Assembly: GCF_018350175.1 (NCBI RefSeq)
Contig: NC_058368.1
Coordinates: 151,530,001 to 151,594,000, forward strand
DNA from: Felis catus
Taxonomy: Eukaryota
DNA length: 64,000 bases
Direction of reading: 5' to 3'
Shown here: one piece after another, positions 50,901 to 62,016 of the stretch
How positions within the stretch are numbered: the stretch's first letter is position 1
Layout of the letters: every line of letters starts with the position of its first letter
The notes under the pieces: model-generated
The model's input: the letters and a program-made list of their open reading frames with translations, nothing else
Database searches by the model: none
Told to the model about the DNA's origin: nothing
Made by a program: the position numbers and the translations under genes

Positions 50901-52765
50901 AAAGCTTTCTGTACATTCTATAAACATAAAGTAAATGAGGTAATAGGAAAAGAGTCTGAGAAAAAAAAGCCCATCATTCTCTTCAAATTTTTACCCATCT
51001 AGCCCACACTTACCAGTGTCCTAGCCCACACTGATTCTGATGGCTGGGAACATCCGCAAGATGAAGAACTAGTACTGTATTGTGAGTCACATGTTCTATT
51101 TTTATTTTATAGTCCTATTTAGAGCGTGGCTACTATTAGGCTTGCCCTGATTTCCCTCAGTTACTGTGATTTAGTCTCTTGATTATTTGCAAAATGCACA
51201 TTAATAGAGAATGGTTTTAATGGATGCCTGGGGTTAGAGGAATAAAGAAATTGATAGCTTATAGGACAAGAGTCTAAACCTTAACATGTATAGTTATATT
51301 TATTTAATTAGAAAAAGAATATATTTTCTCTCCTAACAGTAGAAGAGAATTATTTTGAAGCTTTCAAAAGAAGCCATCTATCAATGAAAACAACAGAAGA
51401 AGTGAAGCGGAGCCCTATACACTGCTCTGCTCATTGCCCTGTTTTCATTAGCAATTATAAGGAAGTAGATCCGGAAATAGAGATGCATGATAGCGAGACA
51501 TCAGTACAGTAACCAGTACTTTCAGACATCACCACAAAAACATACACTCAGGATTTCACAACCCTCTCACATTGGCAATGTCACAATGCTGCCTCCGGCA
51601 AGGTTCTCGTCTCCTTTTTGGGTAAAGTAGGGTTCCTTTTTTTTTTTTTCTTTCCTCACACCAACTCCTATAAATCACTTTTCTTGAAGGGCAAACTAGT
51701 TTCTTGGTTTCAAACCATACTTGTCATGAGGAGGGAAATCCTGTTCATGCCATTAGAAAGTCAGCTTAACATGTTTGGTTAGAGAGTGATTATTAGGGAC
51801 ATTATTTTCTGACAGACTACATGTGTCAGTCCAAATGTGGAAACCCTTAAAAGCACAATCTAAAAATATCTTATTGGTAATACAATTTACACCATTCTTG
51901 TGTATTTACAGAAAAGTATATTACTCAGTAGTTGTTTTTTTTTAATATTTTAGGCCTAAGGTGTTATCACTGTATTCATTGAGGTTAGCAAATTTCATCA
52001 CATGTAGCATCTCTCCTTGTCAATATATTCTTGCCCTTATCACTATAAAATTGTCTTGAAATACCGCTTTCCTCCATAGGTTAGCAAATAGTAAATGAAA
52101 AGGCAAATTAATACAGTCAGCAATTTGAGGTTAACAAATCCTAAAACACACTACATACAGACTTTCACCTTGAATATTCAGAGGGTTTTGTTTTTATATG
52201 TGAATTAAGTGAACAATAGCTTAATTGTAGCCCCAATGAAATGAAAGGACAAAAAAAGTGGTAATCTGTTATTTCTGGTTACTAGCATTTTAGAGGAAGT
52301 TGCCACTAGACAAGCTACTTCAGAAACTAAAGACAATGTTATTATATATGTGAATGGCCAGGGATCCTACTCTGCAGCTCTATGGAGTGGTGAAGATTAG
52401 CTCCATGAAGTTGTCATGGAAGGAGGAAAATAACATAGAGATTCATATCATCACTTTAGGTAATAAGGCCTGAATGGTAACTGTGGAAAGTCATTGCCAT
52501 AGAAACACCAAGGTAATACTGTGACTCATTTTAGGCAAATTCACCAATTCATGAGGAGAAAAGAAAATCTATAAAAGATTTAAGGGGTTTCACCTCTAAT
52601 ACCAAAGGACAAGTTTCATGGTCCTCAAGAGAAAGCTATTCATTGTCTTATCTCTTCCCCATTATATGTATATATTGGTGATAATATCATAAAGTCATTT
52701 AAAAATATAAAGCATCATAAGTATTATATATGATACTAGAAATATGTTTTGAAAAATTCTATTTA

Positions 52766-52943
52766 ACTTGTTAGGATGAGCACTGGGTGTTGTATGTAAG
52801 TGATGTATCACAGGAATCGACCCCCAAACCAAGAGCATACTGTATACACCCACCGTATGTTAGCCAACTTGACACTAACTTACATTAAAAAAGTACATAA
52901 ATAATGTGGATGACCAAAAAATAAATAACATAAAAAAATAAAA
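52766..52943 (+). mobile_element. Carnivore L1 extreme 3' end
   Basis: ttgttaggatgagcactgggtgttgtatgtaagtgatg...gtatgttagccaacttgac plus A-rich tail. Confidence 0.85.
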
Positions 52944-53634
52944 GAAGAATGATTTTCATAATACACTAAAAAATAAGAACAAGATACAAAAATATCTAGG
53001 AAATGTTGCAGTATTTAAGATTTCAACCTAATGAAAATTTTCTGTCTTGCATCACTACATTATCCAAGAAAACCATTAAAAATATTGCTTAATTTTATGT
53101 TTTCTAAACAAATGGATTATTAATTCCTAAATGAAATTCAAAATCTAAGTTCAAGTCCTGAGCTGATTTCATGAGCACATTACAGCTATTCCAATTTTTG
53201 GATTTTTAATTAAGTCTTGTTAATTTACCTGTGCTGGAACAAACCATATAAAAGAAGAATAGAAAACAGATAATTAATTAATGAATTAATATAATTTCAT
53301 GTTTGAAAGGGACTCATTCCTTAGGAGTTAGGAGAAAGTATTTCCTCTGGCCTCCACCCCCCACATTCTAGAAATGTTACTAGTCCATTTGGAGAGAAGA
53401 TAAACTTGGTTGCCACATAGACATAGAGAGTGACAAACCTTAGAGGAAGTTGAGAATCATGAAATACAGATGTAATCCTTGTGCATAGTAGCAAGCATGC
53501 CAAGAAACAAAAAGTATAATTGGCAAATTATGCTCAGGCCCCACTATGCTTGCTTTACAAAAAAAAAAAAACAAAAAAACAAAAAACAAAAAAAATTTCC
53601 AAGTTTACTCTGGATCAATGAATAGGCTGGGGGA

Positions 53635-53750
53635 AATCATTTGTTCATTCATTCATGCACTCATTCACTCCATCTGCAAATATTTACTGAGCACCTACTA
53701 TGGGGCTACAAACACTAAACCTGAAGAGAGAGTAGTAAGCAACATAGATA
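53635..53750 (-). mobile_element. LINE-2 3' end
   Basis: ttcattcattcatgcactcattcactccatctgcaaatatttactgagcacctactatggg. Confidence 0.75.
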
Positions 53751-54608
53751 GCACTCAATACATTTAACTGAACAAAATTACAATATTCAAGAAGTGATAT
53801 CTAATTCACTGAGTATGTTCTCAACAGAATTTCTTGAAAAATTATTTGGCAAGAGATGAACTTTAGATAAATCTCTAATCACAATTATCACAGAGAATAA
53901 CTTGTCTAAAATATTTGGGACTCACTGTGTTCAAATTTTTTAATGCTATACTTTGTAAAATCCCAAATGATACTGATACAGACTTGTCCAGTTTTGCTTA
54001 TGTCCACAAGTGATACTATATGAAGTGTGATGTATGTTGTATGTTGAAAGAAGTGTGTGTGTGTGTTAACCACAAATAATGTTTTAGATTCTAATGAGGG
54101 ATAATATGAAAGTAATATCTAGCATAGAACCTGGTACAGAGAAAGTGCCCAATAAACTATATTTTTCAATGACTGAATCATTCTTTTTGTTCATCTTTTT
54201 ATATAAGAATGTGCTGGTCATTATCATTATCACTGCTACAAGTAATATTTTTCCACCTTCACCCACAACTTACTCCTTTTTTCTGTATATCTAATTTCAG
54301 TTACTGCCATCATTTACAACATTTCAGGCAGCAAAGCACAGTGTTTCATTTAACAGAGTCCTTCCTTCTGGACTTTATAGTCCAGTGGCAGGAGATGAAA
54401 CCAGAAAGAAACAGCAGGAGGTGGGATGGTCCATGTAGGCAGGAAATGTGCTTAGAGTGTCTGGTACAGTGCAGGCACTCATTGGTGTCTGTGATGGGAG
54501 TGGTTGCATGAGCCCTCATGCCTGCTGCCAACTGAGCCCCACACTGCCATGTGTTTTGTAAAGGTTTATAAACCTTTTAATAAAAGTTTTATTTTCAAAA
54601 AGCTTTTA

Positions 54609-54813
54609 GGGGCGCCTGGGGGCTCAGTCAGTTACCCATCTGACTCTTGGTTTTGGCTCAGGTCATGATCTCACAGTTTGTGAGATTGAGCCCCACATCA
54701 GGCTCAGTGCTGACAGTGCACAGTCTTCTTGGGATTCTCTCTACCCTTCCCTTGCTGCCCCTCCTCTGCTTGCTCCTGTGCACTCTCTCATAATAAATAA
54801 ATAAACTTAAAAA
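54609..54813 (+). mobile_element. Can-SINE, full length
   Basis: ggggcgcctgggggctcagtcagtt...ggctcaggtcatgatctcacagtttgtgagattgagcccc with A-tail. TSD aaaaag[c/t]tttta. Confidence 0.95.
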
Positions 54814-55767
54814 AAAAAGTTTTTATAATTATCATTTGAGTGAGACTCTTCCCATTCTCTCAGCATTTTAGTTAAGACCTCAAAGCTGATATTTGATAAA
54901 TAACAGTGTAGTCTAAAATTAAACTACCAAATACCATCTCTGTCAGATCTGTCCTTCACATTCATTTCTATTACTCCAACCAGGCTTTGTATAAAGGTAA
55001 GACTAAAAATTCACAAAGAGTGGTTGAAGTAGTAGAACTTGTGAAAGGAGAAATCTTTATCTTGGGAGAATTTATATACCCTCTCCTCACTCAACAAAAT
55101 GAAAGGGGCTCTGAAGAAATCACTCTTAAAGATTTGGGGAGTGTTTTCCAGAAAGAGAGACTGGCATGTCACTTATTGGCTGGATATTTGCCTATGAAGA
55201 AGACTGGCTAATCTCCCCTTGATATTATCTGAGTAGATGGAGAAGATGGTTGGAGAGATGACAGAGAAAGGGAGGGAATCAGGTGCACCTCCTCTACCAC
55301 TGCTGTTAGGCAAGGCTGTGGAGGCTGTGTGTGAGCCAGGTGGATGCCGTAATCGGCGGTCAACCTTGAGTTCTCTAAAGGTCCTCTATCTAGGAGGCTG
55401 GCCAGACAAAAGTGAGAAGAGGATGTGGTGTGGAGTGCAGGGCCAGGACCCAAGGGAGAGGTGGTTTATAGGAAGTCATGTGAGGTCGTGTAGAGAAAGC
55501 ACTGCCCATGTCAGTTAAGTCTGCCCCCAAAAAGGGCCACCGTTTCCATGCTTGTCTCAGAGAGGGTATCCATAGCTAAAAGGGAACCACCAACAGTTGG
55601 TATTAAGTGCTTCTTTCTTCTAATCCCCTCTCTTCTGTTCTAACTCTGGAGGAGTGAGGGGTAGAAACATGTGAGAGTGAAGAAGGGAACCCAAGGGTAG
55701 ATTAGCTCCCTCACTCCTTCTTATCCATCCTTCAGGCCATATGTCCCTAGACCTAAATTCCTGGGAT

Positions 55768-55934
55768 AGGGGAATACAAGTTTTGTTGGAACTTTGTACA
55801 ATTAGGGGGACCCTTTCCAAAAAGGAGAACCCAGAATTACAAACACAATATTAGGTACAGGTCTTGTAAATGTACCCTGAAAGTTCAGGGCCCTAAAGCT
55901 TAGCCTTCATTATCTTTGCAGGAAATCTAGTACT
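55768..55934 (-). mobile_element. MER53-like hAT MITE
   Basis: tacaattagggggaccctttcc...aaacacaatattaggtacagg...agggccctaaagcttagccttcattatc resembles the recalled MER53 consensus. Confidence 0.6.
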
Positions 55935-56048
55935 TATGGGAGTGAGGAAAAGAGGCATGAATGGCATATGAGATTGATGCTTTTCTTTTGTAAAGGTTGT
56001 ACTTTCATAAGTCCAATATTAAATAGCTAACTAGCTGTCCTCTATCTT

Positions 56049-56068
56049 ATCATCATCATCATCATCAT
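56049..56068. repeat. (ATC)6 microsatellite
   Basis: Read directly. Confidence 0.9.
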
Positions 56069-57670
56069 GTGGCTTATAACTGAAAGTGATCAGAAATCTA
56101 AGTTATGCCCAAATTATAATCAAGAAGCACAGAAAGTAGACTTATCATGGTACATTAAAAGGCAATGTCTGGAGAACAATAAAGTCACTTTCTGATTCAA
56201 AAATCATTTAATATATTCAGCTCTAATTCTGTGTAAAATAGGGGGAAATATTTTATAATTACTTGAACCCATTAATTAGAAGATACTCAATTCCAGGTAA
56301 ATAATGATAAAAATATGACCTTTGAGTGCTATAACTTTAGAGTTCCTAGGTGTGGACAAAAATTCCAGAACAAGGTCCAGAAAGAAAACTATTATGACAG
56401 AGGTCTACCTACATTTTATTTTTGATCTCATAATGACTATTCTTTTGCCTGAGTGACCTTGAGTTCTTGTCATAACAATTTCAGTTGTGAATAGGAATTT
56501 TTACTCCTTAAGAAGGAGCTCTATATTTGCATTCTAATAAAATAATAAGAGATTGTGACCATCATATTAACTCACTTCATGCCCAAAGCAGAATATCTTC
56601 TTTGGACACTTAGTATCTGATAAGATTTGCTTCTTCCTTCTATTACCATTTATTACCTTATAATTTCAATGGGAACATGAAAACTCCATAATCAACTATC
56701 CAGGAACTGATGTTTCAATTTTGGGGGGATTTCCAAGAGCAAATAAATGAAGCATTGGAAAGAAGTCTGGCTAACGGCTATCCAAAATGCTCAAATAAAT
56801 AGTGAGCAAGTTCATCCATGAGTTTATGTTACAAAGTAACCTATAGTGTCTTAAGGCTTCAGTGAACACTTAATAGATATTTTCTCAAGGTTGTGGACAA
56901 AGATTCTCAGAAAAGCTATGTTTTTGTATTTCTTTGCCTTGATAATAAACCACTTAGGATAAAACTGTTCTTTATATTTCTTGTGAGTCCTCAGAGCTGG
57001 CTACATGCTTGGTATGCAACAGGTATCCAAGTACATTTTGAATCATTGGAATCATCAAATCTATTACCAATATGATATGTGAAATCAACTGTTATTAAGA
57101 AGTAGCATGGATAGCAAGAGAGAAGAGAGATTAAGATGTAGCTCTATTTCTGAATATCAACTTTGTTAGTTGCCAAAAGTAGAGTTTAAATTTATACAAC
57201 CAAATAACGTATGATAGACTTGATGATGCCTGGATTTCTAAAGTAGAAATTTCTCCACCTTAGATTAAATGAGTTTGTAAACAACAAGACTAAAATGAAT
57301 TAGAGTCCAAGTCTGTGGGATACAAAATCTGCACTTGGACTGTGCTAAACTGGAATTGGAACATAGAACTGAGCTGTCAATCACTCAGAAGTGGTGGTCT
57401 TCTCCATTGAGACTACTGGAAAGAGTGGTATAACAAAATGCCGCACTCTGTATGACCTTAACTCAGAAAGCCACAAGCCCTGTCATTCCTGGCTATAAGC
57501 CTCTTCCCCTCCAATCTCTGCGAGGGGCCAAAGAATGAGTTACTGTTATCGTGGAGACAGTCACACCACAGGAAGTAACACTCTCAAAAAGAAGAACATA
57601 TCTAAGTAACAATAGTAGCACCTTCAACTTGAAAGCTCAAATTCATCTAAGTAGCACTTTCATCTGGAAC

Positions 57671-57701
57671 AAAAAAAAAAAAAAAAAAAAAAAAAGAAAA
57701 A
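57671..57701. repeat. A25-G-A5 homopolymer tract
   Basis: Read directly. Confidence 0.95.
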
Positions 57702-59884
57702 TACCTGGAGGATAGTTTTAGTAATAGTCCTGGTCATAGAAAATGCATCTGCTTTGGTCATTTGAAGCAGCAAATCTACTTTGGTGAATATGTTGTGTGG
57801 TTTTGAGAGGTTCTCTTAACAGCCTTACATGTATTCAACTGCCTACAGCCTCTGATAAATAGATGCTAACTGTTAGGCTTATCTTTTTTGCACCAATACT
57901 TCTCTTTGGGATGTTTCTCCTACCCATCAAGGTGTAAAAAGGGTTGTAAAAATTCAAAGTTCTTAACCCAGGTTTAATCTAATCTGATGACAGAGTTGAG
58001 AAATTCTTCCTCAACAGTGAATCACAAATCCTCTCTCTTGCTCCATTCCTTCTGTTGCCCTTTTAGGTCCTGTGAGTTCATCATTTTACCCCAGTTCCTC
58101 TCTCCCTCTTCACGCTCTCCCAATTGGGATTTGCTATCTCTAGTTTTTATTCTAGTTTAGCCATCTTGCAAATCACTATCTGACACACTTTCATAAAGGG
58201 TAACTACAGTTACTCAATGACTCTTTTCAAAAGATCTTTGCCATATTAGATGAAATCCAAGCTAAAAGTTTCATTTCAGTGTTTAACCCACTTTTCTCTC
58301 CTTAAGCTTTTTAAGGCATTCTATGCTCCTATTAAATTTATCTCCACTGTTCTTCTTATTGATGCCATGCTTAAATTTTGCTTTTGGGTTGTTTCTTTCT
58401 CGATACTTGCCTGTTTTCCTCTTTCCAGGGACCTCTGTCCAGTCCTCTTGCTGGAAGCCCTTCTCGGATGCATTTTGATGCCTCAAATAGGCTGCTCCTT
58501 CTTTTGAATTCTTCAAATACACAGTTGATATTATCAACCTAATTATCACAGACTTATGAGAGTGACTCTTAGACAACTCTTATTTTTTCTACTGAGGTGT
58601 AAATTTCTTAAAGTGTGGGCTGTGCCTTATTCAACCTGCAGTGCTTGGAATAGTACCCTGGACAGTAAATGTTTTGTATAGCTACAGATTACATGACTAC
58701 ATATCTAGTTATATAGGTATTTGTACATACTTGAATTAAATAGATAAAAAATTTAGAGCTGCATCAAAAAGAAAATGGGCCACATCTTATTTTATGAAAG
58801 AGGTGGTGACTTAATTCTTCATTTTGCTTCCTTTTAATAACTGTTAAAAGCAGCTCCCAAACTATAATGTAAATGGCAGGTTTTTTTAACCAAAAGGTTA
58901 CGAAGCTTGAACACATAATTCAGAAGCCAAAATGAATAATTAAGTCACTCCGGCAGTGACATGTTTTAAATGGAGTGCTTTTCTGTCTGTTATATCCACC
59001 AAAAATAATTAATATTAATGATCTTATCCACCTACGACTTTGTCTCATAATAAATTATATTGGAAACTTTTGTGTGCTTTCTTTAAAATAGTATACAGAC
59101 TTCAGCATTTCCTTAGATGGCATGCTGATCACTTAAGAACATCACTTACAAATTATTTGCCAAGTTATTTTTATAAACTGGAGTTTCTACTGAGGGAAAT
59201 TACTTTAAATGTTTGGCCAATGTGGGCCTCCAACAAATAGTGCTTGTCAATAAATATTAAACAATCATATGAATATGGAGTTGCAAATCTGAATTATATC
59301 TATGCCATGGGATTTATTATCCTCCTCTCACGGTGCCTGGGACATGGAGGCTAAAAGGTCTATTGCAAATCCTGTATTATTCATTGAGAAACATCCACCG
59401 AGGACTATGGCTTGAAACTTTTTGCAACTGCTGAGGACTTCTGTAATGAGGCAGGTTTCTTCCTTATGCCATCATATCAGAAAAGAAAAAATGCTGATGA
59501 AATTTTAGTGCTGCTACCCTCTTTCTTCTGAGTGGGTTTTGGATATAAATACAGGATCTGAGATACTGAATTTGGAGTGTGAGACTTCATTTTGTTTTCA
59601 TTGAATAGTTCAAGAACAAAAGACTAAATAATTAACCTGAAAAAAAAAAAAAGCCACATTCTAAGGGCTGGATTTTGTCCAGCAGAGCTTGGGCTGTGGA
59701 GGAGCTGATAGGCATTTCTCAGCTCTCCTTTGGCTGTGTTTCAGAGGCCTCACCACAAGTGGTCAGGGACTCAGAAGGGGATGGGTTGTCTTCTTGATTT
59801 TATCATCAGTGTACTGTGACCGGAGTGGTCATCTAACCGATGGTGTTTCTGTTTGTATTTAATGATCGTGGGATGTGAGGGCCC

Positions 59885-60095
59885 AGTGGAGCATGGAAAC
59901 GCAGCCAGGCTGCCTAGTTGGAAGCACTGCTTTCCCACCTAAGAGTTCTGTAACCCAGAGCAGGTTGTTCGACCTCTGCACATCAGTTTCCTTACCTGTA
60001 AAATTGGTATAATAGTAATACCTGCCTCTGAAGGCCATTGTGAAGACTGAATGAGGTATTACTTTTCAAGTACTTAGAACATTGCCTTGCGTGAA
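59885..60095 (+). mobile_element. MIR SINE
   Basis: gcagccaggctgcctagttggaag...acctctgcacatcagtttccttacctgtaaaattggtataatagtaatacctgcctc...tgtgaagactgaatgag. Confidence 0.85.
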
Positions 60096-60403
60096 GTCAG
60101 CAGTATCAGCTGTGCTAGTTTTGACTTGCTGTGTGACCTCAGTACCAAACATGGTGGCTAGTACCTGGGGGTAAGCATAAATTCTCAACGGTTGATGACA
60201 CCTGATTCATCTAGTAATCAACTGTGGTAGATTAAATCATTTTCACTTTAGGACACTCTTGAATCTAGTTCACGCTTCTGATTCTATGGTCTAGGTGAAC
60301 ATCAGTGCAGCTTAGAATTGCTCTGACCTGGATCCCTTCCAGTTAATCTTCTCTAATTGTAATAACCCCAAAACTCTTAAACTTAAGAATTTAGTTATCT
60401 CAT

Positions 60404-60587
60404 GGGGCGCCTGGGTGGCTCAGTTGGTTAAGCGTCCAACTTCGGCGCAGGCCATGTCAGGCTCTGTGCTGATGGCTCAGAGCCTAGAGACTGCTTCAGA
60501 TTCTGTGTTTCCCTCTCTCTCTGCCCCTCCCCTGATCATGCTGTGTCTCTCTGTCTCAAAAATAAATAAAAACATTTAAAAAAATTT
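60404..60587 (+). mobile_element. Can-SINE (SINEC_Fc-like) with an internal deletion of about 30 bp
   Basis: ggggcgcctgggtggctcagttggttaagcgtccaacttcggc, B-box segment missing, (CT)n and A-tail present. 19-bp TSD with 16/19 identity at 60385-60403 and 60588-60606. Confidence 0.93.
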
Positions 60588-61716
60588 AAGAACTCAGTTA
60601 TCTCTTGAGAGTGACTGTGAATACAGTGTGCTTCTGAATGCCTGAGTAAATTAAAACATAGAGACAACCTGGGCTTTTATGATTTTCTCAAGAATGGGGG
60701 TGGGGGTCACCCAGGCCTATTCTGAGGCTCTGTTGCTACAGCTAATATAGGAGGAACCCTAGGGGGACTTCCAGCTCTGACTCATCCTATCTTGAACTCA
60801 CTGGATACAGTCAGAACTCACTAGGTTGGAGAATGAAGCAAGTCAAATCCCTTCTTGACTCATTTTGTCTTGGCTCCCTTGAAAAGCAGTGCATCATGTT
60901 CTCTAGTGTCTAATCTCGTCATTGGCCTTTTTTCTTTTTTTTTTTCCCACTTTCCCAAAGTGGAACCTGAGCCATATTAAAAAGTCTGACCATCTAGCAA
61001 CTGCTTTTCTTCAAGGGCTCATGCTCTTAGCTGAGACTGGTTGTCTAAGTAACAGAGCATGATCTCCTATGCACATTACTGAGTAATAGTTTCTGGGAGA
61101 CTGGAAAGTATGCAATATTGGCATAATAGATCAAGACTTTCATCAACATAAAAGGAAAGGAATTACAAGGTACTTGCTGACAGGGAATTGTAGCTTGAGA
61201 GGGCACTCAGGGGGCAGATAACACTAAAAGCATTTTGGCGCAATGAAGTATATTTCCTGGACAGATGTGTTTCATTCGTGATGGAAGGGCCTCACACTTC
61301 TCATGAGTCCTAACATGCCAGTTACAACTATGCTTGAACCCATGTTGTGTCAGATACTGTTATCACAGGAAGTTCAATGTTGTCACCCCCTTAAGGTGAC
61401 ATTACTTCAAGAAAGCCAGACCAGAGTTGTTTACTGAGAACAAGGCAGTGGTCCCATTTTTATTTGGTGTTTTCTCCTGTCATCTAGGAGTCAGGTCAGG
61501 TCAAAAATAGCAATTTTTGATTTGGGTTTTATGCCCATTCAATCCTGGTCAGTTTAGCACACAATTCATTTTGCCTTTTTCGAATTTTTCCTAACAGGTC
61601 ACAAGTAGTATTAGTATTACATTGAGAAAGCTACCTTATAAAGAATGGAGATATTTCCTATTTTCTCAGAGAGAAAAAAGAATCCTTAATAAAATAATTA
61701 TTAACAGGTTAATGAA

Positions 61717-61949
61717 GGCACGCCTGGGTGGCTTCAGTTGATTAGGCATCTGACTCTTAATTTCAACTCAGGTCATGATCTCATAGTTTGTGGGATTGAG
61801 CCCCACTTTGGGCTCCGTGCTGACAAGGGAACCTGCTTGGGATTTTCTCTCTCTCTCTCTCCCTGCCCCTCCCTATGCTGCATGTGTACATGCACGTGCT
61901 ATCTCTCCCTAAAAGTAGGTGAATAAATTTTTTAAAAAACTAAAAAAAA
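61717..61949 (+). mobile_element. Can-SINE
   Basis: ggcacgcctgggtggcttcagttgattaggcatctgactct...caggtcatgatctc...ggctccgtgctgaca, with (CT)n and A-tail. Degenerate TSD containing gttaatg. Confidence 0.92.
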
Positions 61950-61965
61950 ATGTTAATGCAATCAC

Positions 61966-61973
61966 TATATATA

Positions 61974-62014
<41 letters not shown>

Positions 62015-62016
62015 GT
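61966..62016. repeat. (TA)n(TG)n(TA)n compound microsatellite
   Basis: Read directly. Confidence 0.93.

Noticed and set aside
742..61949. Young elements are all minus-strand before 8 kb and all plus-strand after 31 kb
   Set aside because: Only 11 elements and a post-hoc pattern; older LTRs, MIRs and L2s do not follow it.
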